From Octopus sinensis (Eukaryota), in assembly GCF_006345805.1 (NCBI RefSeq), contig NC_043005.1, forward strand, positions 35,712,001 through 35,776,000: a stretch of DNA of 64,000 bases, in the 5' to 3' direction. A model generated the notes under the pieces. The model did not search any database, had not been told where the DNA came from, and worked only from the letters and a program-made list of their open reading frames with translations. The position numbers and the translations under genes are program-made. This document shows, piece after piece, positions 1-13,265 of this stretch. Positions within the stretch are counted from its first letter, which is position 1. Each line of letters begins with the position of its first letter.

Positions 1-1330
1 AAACCTTCAGCAAGATGTTCGAAACCATCCTTAAGAAAAGTATGATGCTCCACCTCCTAAACACAGCCTCGATCACTGATTCCCAACACGGCTTCGTGCC
101 GAAGAGATCATGCTTGACCAACTTACTAGTAATGGAAGAATTGGTGACGCGCATCCTCGATGATAGTGATGCTGTTGACATCGTCTTATTGGACTTTGCC
201 AAAGCTTTTGACTCGGTAAACCACCGCCTACTACTTGTCAAGCTTCAAGCATATAGTTTCCATCCGGATATTGTACGATGGGTTGGTGCCTTCCTCTCAG
301 ATCGCTCCTTCCAAGTTCAAGTTAATGGTTCGCGGTCCGACGTCTCCAGTGCGAGCAGTGGCGTGCCTCAAGGTTCAGTGCTTGGGCCCTTGTTGTTCTT
401 AGTCTTCATAAATGACTTGCCCGACGACCTCACGCAACACACCCTTCTATTTGCCGACGATATCAAACTGGTCGCTCCTCGCGGTAGTATAGAGGATCTT
501 CGTCGATGCCTCCACAAATTTGGAAGTGGTCTAACGATTGGGACCTGTGCCTGAACGTGTCAAAGTGCTGTCATCTGCCTGTCGGCTCTACTCCTGCAAC
601 TCAACTTGATTTCGAGCCGGGTCGTCTGCTGCTGGAGAGGACCGATCAGGTAAAGGACCTGGGTATCTTGGTGGATTCCTCCTTTTCGCCTTCGGCCCAG
701 TGCGTCCATGCTGCCAACAAAGTGCGCGGAATTCTGTTTTTGATTCGACGGTCATTCGGAATGCTCACAGCAGCCATATTCCTGCCACTCTATGTCACGC
801 TGGTGAGACCCATATTGGAGTATGGGATTCAAGCCTCTTCTCCTTATCTCCTCAAAGACATACAGCACCCCGAAAGAGTCCAGAGGCTGGCTACCCGCAT
901 GGTTCATGGTCTCAAAAATTTGTCCTACGAAGAAAGGCTGAGGACGCTCGACCTTTGTTCTCTTGAAAAACGCCGCCGCCGTGGTGATCTCATTCTCGCC
1001 CACAACATCATAAGCGGGAAGTGTAACCTCTCGAAAGAGCTGTTCTTCACTCCTGCTCCGGAGCGTCGGCTGCGGGGTCATTCCGAAAAGCTCTACCTGC
1101 GACGATTTCATCTCAATCGAAGGAGAGGAGCTTTCTCCGTCCGGGTTGCGGATCCGTGGAACAAGCTGCCAGACGAGATGGTGAAGATGCCGACGACCGC
1201 TTTGTTCAAAGCCTCCCTGGACCTCAAGTGGCCTGAACTCTTTACATGAACACCACCCTGTACTTAACTCCATGTCCCCCTACATGGCCTTGCTATTTGC
1301 TTTTGAGCCAAATTAACTAACTAACTAACT

Positions 1331-1333
<3 letters not shown>
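1..1333 (+). mobile_element. 3' part of a CR1/L2-type non-LTR retrotransposon (continues upstream of the window)
   Basis: RT motifs LDFAKAFDSV, GVPQGSVLGP, LFADD; CR1-type C-terminus (ERVQRLATRMV, LEKRRRRGDL); short 3' UTR with CCATGT-CCCCCT-ACATGG hairpin (1270-1287) and (CTAA)n tail ending ~1333. Confidence 0.9.
3..1249 (+). pseudogene. Reverse transcriptase ORF2 of the LINE, split by one 1-nt frameshift near 515
   Basis: ORFs 15-554 and 506-1249 join into continuous RT-like sequence (RRCLH-x-IWKWSNDW) if one base is restored. Confidence 0.88.
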
Positions 1334-1373
<40 letters not shown>

Positions 1374-1499
1374 GCATACGTATGCATGCAAGCATTATAT
1401 ATGTAAGAACGTGAGTGTATGTGTGTATGAGAAATTGTTTGGATATATATGTCCCAGCATGGCCGCAACCTAATGAGTAGACCAACTAAAAGGTAAAAG

Positions 1500-1538
1500 A
1501 TGCATACATGTATGTGTGTGTGTGTGTGTGTGTTTATG

Positions 1539-1569
<31 letters not shown>

Positions 1570-1590
1570 GTTTGTATGTATGTATGTATG

Positions 1591-1621
<31 letters not shown>

Positions 1622-1705
1622 GTTTGTATGTATGTATGTATGTATGTATGTATGTATGTATGTATGTATGTATGTATGTAGTTTGTATGTATGTATGTAT
1701 GTATG

Positions 1706-1736
<31 letters not shown>

Positions 1737-1796
1737 GTTTGTATGTATGTATGTATGTATGTATGTATGTATGTATGTATGTATGTATGTATGTAT
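1500..1796. repeat. (GTAT)n microsatellite with recurring AAGTTT interruptions
   Basis: Direct reading; interruptions at ~1568, ~1620, ~1680, ~1735. Confidence 0.95.
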
Positions 1797-2657
1797 GGTG
1801 TCGATTTGTTCGACTAAAGCAGCGCTCCAGAATGAGCGCAGTCAAATGACTGAAACAAGTAAAAGAATATGTGTGTGTACATGTGTATGGCTATATATAT
1901 ATGTGTGTGTGTGTGTGTGCATATATATACACACGCAGATAAAGATATGTATGTGTGTGGATATGTTTGTGTGTGTGTTTGCGCGTATGTTTGTCAGTGT
2001 GTGTACGTACGTTTGTGTGTGCATGCGCGCGCGTGTGTGTTTGTGTGCGTATATACTGAAGATAAGGTGTCGTATAACAGCAGTATGCAACACAGTTGTT
2101 CTGTACCGACATCAAATCTCAAAGGATTTCTCTATTACCTCGAAGCCGATTGTGAGAGCAACACCACATCTGGTGAGATGGTAAGATAATCATTTAATCC
2201 ATCTGTGTAGATAGCATATTCAGCTTGTTCCAGATTTATAATACACAATCCATGCTAATCCATAGCATATTTATCTCCGTATCTAGGACACTATAAAAAC
2301 ATTTATTAAAGTTAGGTGCTAAGATAATATTGGGTTGTCAAATAAATCCATTTGTTTTTTTGTTTTTCATCTTTTATCTGTTATTTGTTTCAGTCATTAG
2401 ACGGAGGCCATGCTGGGGCACCCCATTGAAGAATTTTGTGTCCGTGTTTGTCTGTCGGTCCCTTTTGCCGAAGCGTTATGTTACGTGGACGTAAACACAC
2501 ATACACAGACGCAAAGACACATGTACACACACACGCACACGACAGGACTCTTTCAGTTTCCGACTACGAAATCCACTAATAAGGCTTCGGTCAGTGCTAC
2601 ACAGAGGAACCATATGGTTAAGAAGCAAAATTCTTGCCACACAATCATTCCTACATA

Positions 2658-3061
2658 TCTATAATATAAATCCCGTTCTGTCTGTCTGTGTGTCTGTAAA
2701 ATATTATAACGGCCGTATTTTTCAACTGATTTTCTCCAAACTGGTAACATACATTATTTATGTTCCAGAGATGGTTTTAACCTCTTAAAAGTTTTCACAT
2801 AATAAGTAACGGGACTCTGGGGGCAGAAAATACCCATTCCTGGGTTACGTGGAGAAAGGAGGTAACTCTTTGCGAAGTAACTTTCAGAAATTGCTTTTAA
2901 TATAAGATTTACGTCTTTGCAAGTTTAAAAAAAAATTTACTTCCAGTTTTCTAGCGTCAGTGACATCTATATCTCTCTCTATCTATCTCTATCTCCCTAT
3001 ATCTCTTTATCCATCTCTATCTCTATATTTATCTATCTCTCCGTATCTACATGTTTATATG

Positions 3062-3101
<40 letters not shown>

Positions 3102-4440
3102 ATATCTATCTATCTATCTATCTATATCTATCTTATTTGTCTAACTAGCTACCTATCTCTCCCACTCAATATCTGACTCACTATTTACCTTTACAAGGTT
3201 TTTTTTGTCGGAATTACTGATAAAAGTAAGTTCATAATTTACTGACAGAAGTAACTTCAAAAATTTCACTTAAATCTGTACAGTTAGTTAATTTCCCTAA
3301 AAATTTCTTATCTACTTTTGCAAGGGCTTTGTATTTTTCTTTTGTTAACGGCTTTTTTCTGGTTCCTTCGATACTGGCTCTTTGTTTCACTGACATTTTC
3401 GCTTCAATCCGTACAATTCTTTATTTTGCATAAAAATGTCTTATTTACTTTCTACCCGTCGTATTAAGAAATATAATTTCCGTTACCCAATTATTTTCTT
3501 TGTTTACTATTTTCTGCACCCATGTATTTCTATATACGTATATAACCATGCCTAGAAGGAAAGTGTCAAATTTGTCTACAATGTCAAGGTCAGTTAAAAG
3601 AATGTTTCTGTCCAGGGAAAGAGAGACAGCTGCAGAAAGGGAAGTATACCAAGAAACGAACAGACTGTGCACTACAAAAGCCAGAGCATCTCAAAGTGAT
3701 GAACAGAGGTATGCACGGTTGACAAAGAATAGGATCTCCACTGCAGAACGAAGAGCAGTTGCAACAGCTCAGAGAAGCAACTTCTATGAAGCAGCTTTCA
3801 ATTATGATCTAGCAGTTCATTATGCAGATGACACCAGAGTTTCCATTGGTGCAATGACAACTGAGTGCATACATTGTAAAGCAAGGAAGTGGCCTGGAGA
3901 AACACCTGCACTATGCTGCAGTGGGGGAAAGGTTAAACTCCCTGCAATCTCCCAACCTCCAGAGCCAATGAAGAAACTGTTGTCATCAACTGACCAAGAT
4001 TCCAAGCACTTCCAAAACAAAATTAGGCAATACAACGCTGTACTACAGATGACATCATTTGGTGCCACAAGAGATCTAACTGACCCTGGACTCGTGCAAA
4101 CTTTCAAGATCCAAGTTCAGATTTATCATCGGATTCACTCTCTACTACCTCTGTCAAATGAATCACCAAAATCGGCCATTCATTGTTTATAATCTATACC
4201 AGTTTTTTTCGTTACGAAATAAGCTACACAAAACGTGCTTTTGAATTACGTGTATTTACTTTATATACATATATGAGTTGAAAAATTTCTGTTAACATTT
4301 CACTTAACTGTGTTCCATGCTGGCATGGGTTGGACAGTTATTAATGAAGAAAGTTGGTATCTCAGACATGCGTAATCTAGATGGCGTTTTTAAATTTCAC
4401 TACTTTCTTTAACCCGGGAAACGCCGGGTATTTCTGCTAA
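2658..4440 (+). mobile_element. Internally deleted Helitron
   Basis: A|TC 5' end (TCTATAATATAAAT, then (CTGT)n); 3' hairpin CCCGG-GAAACG-CCGGG followed by CTAA|T (CTRR); internal Rep-like ORF. Confidence 0.85.
3548..4192 (+). pseudogene. N-terminal fragment of Helitron Rep/helicase
   Basis: CIHCKARKWPGE..CCSGGKVKLP, HFQNKIRQYNAVLQMTSFG and FKIQVQIYHRIHSLLP match the conserved N-terminus of Helitron RepHel; truncated before the HUH and helicase domains. Confidence 0.85.
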
Positions 4441-4483
4441 TATGTGTGTGTGTGTGTTTTTGTATGTACGTGTGTATATAAAC

Positions 4484-4881
4484 GTGGAGGCGCAATGGCC
4501 CAGTGGTTAGGGCAGCGGACTCGCGGTCGTAGGATCGTGGTTTCGATTCCCAGACCGGGCATTGTGAGTGTTTATTGAGCGAAAACACCTAAAGCTCCAC
4601 GAGGCTCCTGCAGGGGATGGTGGTGAACCCTGCTGTACTCTTTCACCACAACTTTCTCTCACTCTTTCTTCCTGTTTCTGTTGTACCTGTATTTCAAAGG
4701 GCCAGCCTTGTCACACTCTGTGTCACGCTGAATATCTCCGAGAGCTACGTTAAGGGTACACGTGTTTGTGGAGTGTTCAGCCACTTGCACGTTAATTCCA
4801 CGAGCAAGCTGTTCCGTTGATCGTATCAGCTGGGACCCTCATCGTCGTAACCGACGGAGTGCTAAAGAAGAAAAGAAGAAA
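4484..4881 (+). mobile_element. Full-length tRNA-derived SINE
   Basis: A-box (GGCCCAGTGGTTAGGGC) and B-box (GTTTCGATTCC) head; A/GAA-rich tail; 10-bp TSD GTATATAAAC (4474-4483 / 4882-4891); related copies at 48671 and 52695. Confidence 0.88.
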
Positions 4882-5174
4882 GTATATAAACACACACGCG
4901 CGCGCCTATACCTGCTATAATTATACACATAAGTATGGAAGCAGAAATCTACAATTAATTACGATTATTTATATATTTTCTATATCTTCCAGAATGTTTC
5001 AGCCAAGTGCTTATAATCGAGTTATCAATGCATGTTGCTTTTAAATTCTAAATAAACTCAGTTTACCGAAGATTTTCTACTCACTGCATTACATATGTGA
5101 TAGCAAACTGTATTCGTATTCAATATGTGAAACACTTCCCTTAGAGAATTCCCCTTGGTTATATATTGTGTGGA

Positions 5175-5251
<77 letters not shown>

Positions 5252-6060
5252 CTGTGTGCGTGCGTGCGTGCGTGCGTGCAAGCGTGCGTGCAATGATATA
5301 TTTGTATCCATACTATGAGCTGATGCAATGCTATCTTGATTGATATCTTTATTAATATCTAGCAATAGGAATAAGTGAAGGACCTTTGAATATTCCTTCC
5401 AATCCCTTATGAATATAATTTTCTCATAATTGAAGTTTTTGAGCAGGAAACATATCAAATGTTAAAAGATATTTCCATTATTAATCTCTAGAGAACACAC
5501 TTATCTACATGCATACACGCACACATAGGCACATATACATACATACACACACACACAAACACACACACACATATACACTCACACACAAACAGAAACACAT
5601 ACACACTTCTAGTGCGTATGTTTTTGGTTATCATACGAAACATTAAAAATGTCTTAGTACATGTTTCTAGAGAAAGCATGAAGAACCTTGTTAAACGTGC
5701 ATGTGTACGTTTATATACGCGTGTGTGTGTGCATGTACGTATATATATACGTATGTGCGAGTGTGTGTATATGTGTATGTTTGTGTGCGTGTGTGTGTGT
5801 ACGTGCGTAGAGAACCATGCAATTAAATCTATAGCCTCGTTTATGCAGGTATACGAGCGTATATTTACAATCCTCAGTGGATATGAATAATACCTCTGCT
5901 GATATATGCAGCGTGTATGCACTCGTATACCTGTACGAAAACCAAGGTGTGGATTTAATTAACTTACAGACTTACTCGACATACATACACACTAACACGC
6001 ATGTGTGTATGCATATAGATGCATGTATGCATGCCTGTATGCAAATAAATATATTGTATG

Positions 6061-6153
<93 letters not shown>

Positions 6154-6184
6154 ATATATTTGTGTGTGCGTGTATATGTATATG

Positions 6185-6220
<36 letters not shown>

Positions 6221-6234
6221 GTATACATATATAC

Positions 6235-6265
<31 letters not shown>

Positions 6266-6710
6266 TGTATGTATGTATGTATGTATGAATTGATGGATGG
6301 ATGGATGGATGGATGCACCTATATACACATGCATATAAATATATACACATACAAATGCATGTATGAGTTTTTAATAAATATGTTGTTTGGTATTTGATTT
6401 ACCTATATTTGTGTGTATGGGGGGGGCGTGTGTGTGTGTGTGTGTGTAAATTTTTTCCAGTGTTAATCTGCATGTAAAAATATTTTACTTTTTTATTAAT
6501 TTCGGACGCTTTTGTAAACTATACCGTATAGCCTAATGTCTTCATTAATGCGACCTTTCACCCCCAATGCATGTGACCTTTGACTTTGTGCTTTTACTAC
6601 TGGTACACTTTGCATACTCTCCACATATACATACATACATACATACATACATACATACATACATACATACATACATACATACATACATACATACACACAT
6701 ATATTATATA

Positions 6711-6759
<49 letters not shown>

Positions 6760-7340
6760 CAGGTGTTGGACAAAATATTGGCAACACCTAGCATCATAAT
6801 TTTGAGATATCTATAAAACAGTCAAAATCTTGTTTATTTTTATGTTTTTTGATTTGTTATTAGTGTTGGTTATTATGTTTTGCTAAAATTGCTGGGGTTT
6901 TTTTTTCAGATATCATCAGAAAAAGGTAATTCAGATTCATTAAAATGAAAGATTTAACGGACTTTCAAAGAGGTCAAATTGTTGGTGCTCTTATGACAAG
7001 CGCTAGCGTAACGAAAACAGCTTAAATGTTTGGTGTATCAAGAAGTACTGTCTCGAATTCACACGGCTAAAGTTGTTACTGAATGGCACGAGGAACATTC
7101 TAGTGAAGTTGAACATCTTATCTGGCCACCACAGTCTCCAGATCTCAATATTATTGAACATTTATGGTGCATTTTAGAAAAACAAGTAAGGAGTCGATAT
7201 CCTCCACCATCATCGCTACAAAAACTGGAGACTGTTTTAGCTGAGGAATGGACAAAAATTCATTTGGAAACAAATGAAGCTTTGGAGGAGTCCATTCAAA
7301 CCTCGTAGAATTCAAACTGTAATTACTGCGAAAGGTAGTA
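6760..7340 (+). mobile_element. Internally deleted Tc1-like transposon (same family as 24012-25214)
   Basis: TA|CAGGTGTTGGACAAAATATTGG left TIR; MKDLTDFQRGQIVGA start fused at ~7058 to HTAKVVTEW..WPPQSPDLNIIEHLW; right TIR not found. Confidence 0.85.
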
Positions 7341-7565
7341 ATTTGGTAGATTAAATTTGGTAGCCAATATTTGTGGATGAGCTTTGTATAGCATACTATA
7401 AGTTTTTTACGCAATGTTATTCTACTATACCTACATACCTATCTACATACATACATAAATACATACACACACATATATATATACATACATACATACATAC
7501 ATACATACATACATACATACATACATACATGCATGCATACATACATACATACATACATACATACA

Positions 7566-7597
<32 letters not shown>

Positions 7598-7777
7598 CAC
7601 ATACATACATACATACATACATACATACATACATACATGTGTGTGTGTGCAATAATTCACAATCAAGGTGCAGAAATGACGTACTCCGAATGAATAAGGT
7701 GATGTAATCTGATGGTAGAAAGAATTCCGCGAATTAGGTACTCCAAAGCCAGTCGGAAGGGCTCAAAAAAACGGACA

Positions 7778-8133
7778 AAAAAGACAAGAAAAATAAGAAC
7801 GTGAGGACCTAGTACATACAAAGTATTAAAGAGATGTTCAGAAAAGGAAAGAGAGAGTGGTTGTTTTACGTTTCGAGCATAGCTCTTCTTCGGATACAGG
7901 AGACATAGAAAAGTCCAAAAGAAAAAGGAGGAAAAATATCGCCGTCGACTGTTGGCGGTTTTTTTTTCCACTTTCTTCCTTTTCTTTTGGACTTTCCTAT
8001 GTCTCCTCTTTCCGAAGAAGAGCTATGCTCGAAACGTAAAACAACTACTCTTTCTTTCCTTCTCAGAGCGACTCATTAATACTTTGCATGTACAACATCC
8101 TTACGTTGTTGTTTTTTCTTGTCTTTTTTTAAA
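7778..8133. repeat. Diverged inverted repeat (~170-bp arms) of a Penelope-tail-like family, each arm with an HHR-like motif
   Basis: Arms are reverse complements around ~7947; family matches 45429-45635; CCGAAGA-A-GAGC-TAT-GCTC-GAAACGTA in both arms. Confidence 0.75.
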
Positions 8134-8265
8134 ATTAATAATATATATGTAGATAGAGAGGTAAATGATTGATACATAGATAGACAGATGTATATATGAG
8201 TGTGTGTATGTATGTATGTATGTATGTATGTATGTATGTATGTATGTATGTATGTAGTATGTATG

Positions 8266-8318
<53 letters not shown>

Positions 8319-8395
8319 TATATACATACACATATACATACATGAATATATGTGTGTATACATACACATATCTGACAGATAAATAGATAGATATT

Positions 8396-8508
<113 letters not shown>

Positions 8509-8614
8509 GTGTCTATTGATATGCATATAAACACACACACAATATATATAACGATCTATCAATTAATCTACCTGTCTGTATGTCTGTCTGTCTCACTATT
8601 TATCTGTCTCTCTC

Positions 8615-8659
<45 letters not shown>

Positions 8660-9407
8660 CTATCTATCTATCTATTTATCTATCTGTACACATACCCATA
8701 AACATTGGTATAGTCAAGGCATGAACCAATGTATTGTTACTAATAGTCTCATAACAAGATTAGAATTCCCATGAATCTTCGGACATTATAAGACTAACGA
8801 CTATGAAAAATTGAATATATAGATATCAAAATGAACCTTGTTCAGCATCCAATGTCTTACTATGTAGTTTTATCCCATCCACACGACAGGATGTTTTCTT
8901 TTCTTTTTTACGTCTGTAAAACTTTTACTAATGCAGATATAAGTTCAATATCCATAGTTTTTACATATAACTTTGTAAAATATGAATATTTCAAGGTGCA
9001 CAATACAAAATATAAAATACAAATTACGCTATTCAAAGTTGAGACTATTGCAACCAAAAATTGCTCCTCATTTTCTAGATGATGTTTACTGTATATTTAT
9101 CAAAGATGTGTCACTTGGTCGCTGTTCAAATTGACTGTGCACTTTACAAATCCAATAAGAATGTGTACCTGGGGATTACGGGATCGTGACTTTTGTGCAT
9201 TCCCATAAAATTGTCAGTGCCAGTCTAGGTCCTACGAAGAATCCGTCGACGTTTTAGGGTATACAATGTTTCGTAAATCAAAGGGGGGGTAAAATTTTAA
9301 TTCTTGTTTGCATTGAAATACGAGCCTGGGATTTGGATTGTTAGCAAAAGGCTGAAATTCTTACTGCAGCAGCCCTGGATTTCAGATGCAGTGGTAGGAG
9401 AATTTTT

Positions 9408-9478
<71 letters not shown>

Positions 9479-9479
<1 letters not shown>

Positions 9480-10790
9480 CGAGATTCAAGCCTATGCCGT
9501 CCAACAACGTCTCCATCGTGGGACACTGGACCAACGGACCGGTTGAATTGCTCGGGTCTGGTTCGGTCTGGACCTCCAAATGAAAAAGAACTGGGACAAT
9601 ATAACGAGTAGGGTAGCCACTCTGACCCAGCAATGGGCCGAGAGGAAGCTTCCCTAAAAGGTCGGGCGGATGTGGCGAATACATACATCGCGTCCGTTAT
9701 CTATTACCGTCTAACCATCGTGCTTTGTCCCGTCCTTACCATCACCAAAATGGAACGCATACTCTTCCACTTTTTGTGGAAGGGAAGTGTTCCGATGGTT
9801 AGCCAATCTATTTGCTGCCAAAACCCGCTAAATGGAGGGCTGGGCATGCCATGGTTGATGGTACGCAGACATGCGCTGAGACTGCGACATCTCCAGCGCT
9901 TCATAGACGACAGTGAATAGGTGTGGTCGCCGTTTGTGAGTTTCCAGCAATTCGTCTCTTTGGCTGAACTGCAGTCATGGATCGAGGCTGGGCGAATGGC
10001 ACAGCGTATAACCGCTATGCTCTAGAGCAACTCTGCTGTCCGGGACCAAACTTGTGCAACTCTACTTCCACAAAAGTGTTCTATAGAGGATTGGTGGAGG
10101 GGAGGTGCGACGATGTTCTCGGGGAGAATCTGGGAGTCGATGAAGAACACCTGAGCCGCCTCTTCAGTACCACTTTCGGGCCAGGACCTATGGACAATCA
10201 CCAGAGTCCCTGGCCTGGCAGTGCTATCGGGAAGCATTGCCCGTTCGAGATAAGCTCCACAGACACGGTTCAAGAAACGCCGAACCGACCTGCCAGAGAT
10301 GCGGTCAGAGCGACGAAACCGTTCTGCATGCGCTCGTGCAGTGTCCAACCATTTCAGACCTGTGGGCTTATGTCGAACACCTGCTGGCACGTGTGGGACG
10401 AATTCGGTTATCGGCCGAGTCTATCATGAATATTACCCCATCACCTTCCTTTAACTGGTGGCTATGATGAAAGAAAGTGTATGGTGGAGGCGTTTGAAAG
10501 ATTTAGAGACAAACACTTTCCTCTCTGGCCAATCACTCATCAACTTTTTCAGTACCACTTGAAAAAGAAGGTGAGAATAGAGAGGGAAGCTTTGTCTCAT
10601 GAAAGTTTCAATAAAAGGTGGGTAGCAAAGATGGTACGTGTGAATGACGAAACCACTTTGAGCATGATTCTGTAAATCCAAAAGTGAGAGAGAGGGCGCT
10701 TTGCTCTCATGTGTTCTTTCCCTGCCTGAGGTTACCGTGGCCTTTTTCGTAGGCTTTTCTTTTCACGAATAAACTTAATCTGTATTACTT
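9479..10790 (+). mobile_element. 5'-truncated Tx1/L1-clade LINE remnant
   Basis: LSLKGRADVANTY..FLWKG..GGLGMP (RT C-terminus) and CQRCGQSDETVLHALVQC zinc finger, with several frameshifts; starts directly after (CTAT)n. Confidence 0.8.
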
Positions 10791-11654
10791 TTTTACTCCC
10801 CCCCCCTGGGGAACGCTATTATAAATGGAACATTGTTATTTTGCTGTTTACAGGTCCCAAACGCTTTCGATCCCTTTTGATCATATTTTGTTTTCCGAAA
10901 ATAAATGTTCTACATTGTATTGCCCCTCTGTATGACAGAGAATTCTATAGTACTATGTATAACAAAATTAAATTCTATTGTATGGTAGAGAAAATTCCTA
11001 CTGGATGTAGAAACCATATTCTAGACATAGACTAATCATTAGCAAAGGAATATCCCAGCTTTACAACATTGGAATAAATCCTGCAAATAAACCTATTTCA
11101 AATTATATGCCATCACGATCCATTTTTCTTTCTTTTTTTGTACATAACATTTCACTTATGGCAAGTTGGTAAATAACACATTAAATATTCGTAAAATTTG
11201 AAATAAAAATCTTTCTTACTTTTAATTTTCTGAGAATTTTCTATTCAACAACAGACAGTCAGACAGACATCTGAAATACTTTACCATCTGCTTAATCCCA
11301 AAGAACTGATAAAAGAATTTATTCGTTCTAAAGAGATTCATTTCACTCTTTATCAGTTCCTCCAAGAAAAACGGCCAGCTTCTTTACCTCTTACAATGCT
11401 ATTAACCTGAGGAAGTTGATAAAGCATAAAGCTCATATGTTTCTGCCATACTTTTTATTTGTAATTCTACAGGTACTTGGTAAAGATACATGACAATACG
11501 GGCTGTCAGCACATTTACATATTTAACAAAATGAACCAAGAAATTTGGATCAATTACTGTTTTCAACGACACAAGAGGCACATATTTCTTTTCATTTTTT
11601 TTTTTCGCAATGAAATGCCTCAAAAATCACCCCAGATCCTATATGTGAAGTAGG

Positions 11655-11885
11655 GCTTCCCATAAGCTAGTATTGGTTTTAAATTTTGGTACAAGGCCAG
11701 CAAATTCATGGGAAGGAGTAAGTAGATTAGACATGAGTGTCCATAATTTACTTGTTTTATCAACCTCAGAAGGGATGAATGGCAAAGTCGACACTGGTGA
11801 CATTTGAACATAGAATGTAAAATCAAAAGAAAGACCACTAAGCATTTTGTCCGGTGTGGTAACAATTCTGCCAGTTCTCTGCCTT
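11655..11885 (-). mobile_element. Diverged tRNA-derived SINE (family of 31314-31547)
   Basis: Reverse complement of GGCAGAA..GTTAGCAC..GACTTTGCCTTTCATCC family consensus. Confidence 0.65.
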
Positions 11886-11924
11886 ACCCCATAAGATAAT
11901 ATTACAGGCTTTAATAAGGAGGAG

Positions 11925-12125
11925 AGTTAGCAGAATCATTAGCATGCTTGGAAAATGCAAAGCAGCATTCCATCTGGCTTCACATTCTCAGTTCAAATTC
12001 CACTGAGGTTGACTTTGCTTTCATCCTTTGGGGTCAATCAAATAAGTACTACTTGAGAACTGGTTCAATGTAATTGGTTTCTTCCACGCTTGCTGACCTT
12101 GTGCCAAAATTTAAAACCAATATTA
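11925..12125 (+). mobile_element. Diverged tRNA-derived SINE, head-to-head with the previous copy
   Basis: GCAGAATCATTAGC..GTTCAAATTCC..GACTTTGCTTTCATCCTTTGGGGTC..CCTTGTGCCAAAATTT. Confidence 0.7.
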
Positions 12126-12534
12126 CAAGCTTTAATGAACTAAAACCTTTTATTTTTTTCCATACACTGCTGAGACTAGTGGGATGTCTAATATGCCCAT
12201 TTGTCTTTTATGCCACTAAATATGGTTAATTTGTACCCATGGTGTGGAGATATACTTGTTAATATAACAATCTTCTCCTTGATCATGTCTTTCCTACAGA
12301 CGCCAACCTGCAACAGTTTAAACTAATCATTTATGGAATCATTATCATGGTTCTTGAATAAGTCATTAGTAGTATTCTCATTGAACAAGATCCGAGACAG
12401 AGATGAGCTAAATGATGAGTGTATTATGTAGACCCAGGTCAGCTCTGTACAGGCTGATCGATTATCGAATTCACAGGTAATATGATGGACGCACACAACA
12501 TATTATATATATTATATATATATATATATATATA

Positions 12535-12588
<54 letters not shown>

Positions 12589-12768
12589 TAAATAAAAGGC
12601 ACAACGAAGTACCGATATTTACTGGAAAATAGCGAACGTAATAAATACGACGCTAATGTATAGCTTCACTGCGTATGTACTAGTAAAAATGCGTGTGCAA
12701 CAAACATGAAAAAAATTGTCTTACCTCTAGGGAGAACATCTGAAAAATGAAATACCTAGAAAGGGATA

Positions 12769-12840
12769 ATGTGGTACCGGTTTCAGATTCTTCAAAATAT
12801 GTCTGCCCACATATATTTGATTTATCTTCATCAGCCACAT
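12769..12840 (-). ncRNA. Type I hammerhead ribozyme, copy 1
   Basis: AUGUGG-CUGAUGA-AGAU[long hairpin]AUCU-GAAA-CCGG-U-A-CCACAU; 6-bp stem I, palindromic stem III ACCGGU, GUA triplet; predicted cut between 12775 and 12774. Confidence 0.88.
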
Positions 12841-13193
12841 ATACCTCGACAACATTTCAGATGTTGCCACATCCATGCCAATACACTCGACTGAACGCCA
12901 AAACGTTGACAGAACGAGAACAGTGAAGAAGTTTCAATGAAAATAGTAATGCAATACTAGAGTATTGCTTTCCAGTAAAGGATAGCCCGTGAGGGAAAAT
13001 TATACATAAAAGTAAATAAATGGCACAACGAAGTACCGATATTTACTGGAAAATAGCGAACGTAATAAATACGACGCTAATGTATAGCTTCACTGCGTAT
13101 GTACTAGCAAAAATGCGTGTGTGCAACAAACATGAAAAAATTGTCTTACCTCTTGGGAGAACATCTGAAAAATGAAATACCTAGAAAGGGATA

Positions 13194-13265
13194 ATGTGGT
13201 ACCGGTTTCAGATTCTTCAAAATATGTCTGCCCACATATATTTGATTTATCTTCATCAGCCACAT
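13194..13265 (-). ncRNA. Type I hammerhead ribozyme, copy 2
   Basis: Same motif as copy 1; predicted cut between 13200 and 13199. Confidence 0.88.
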
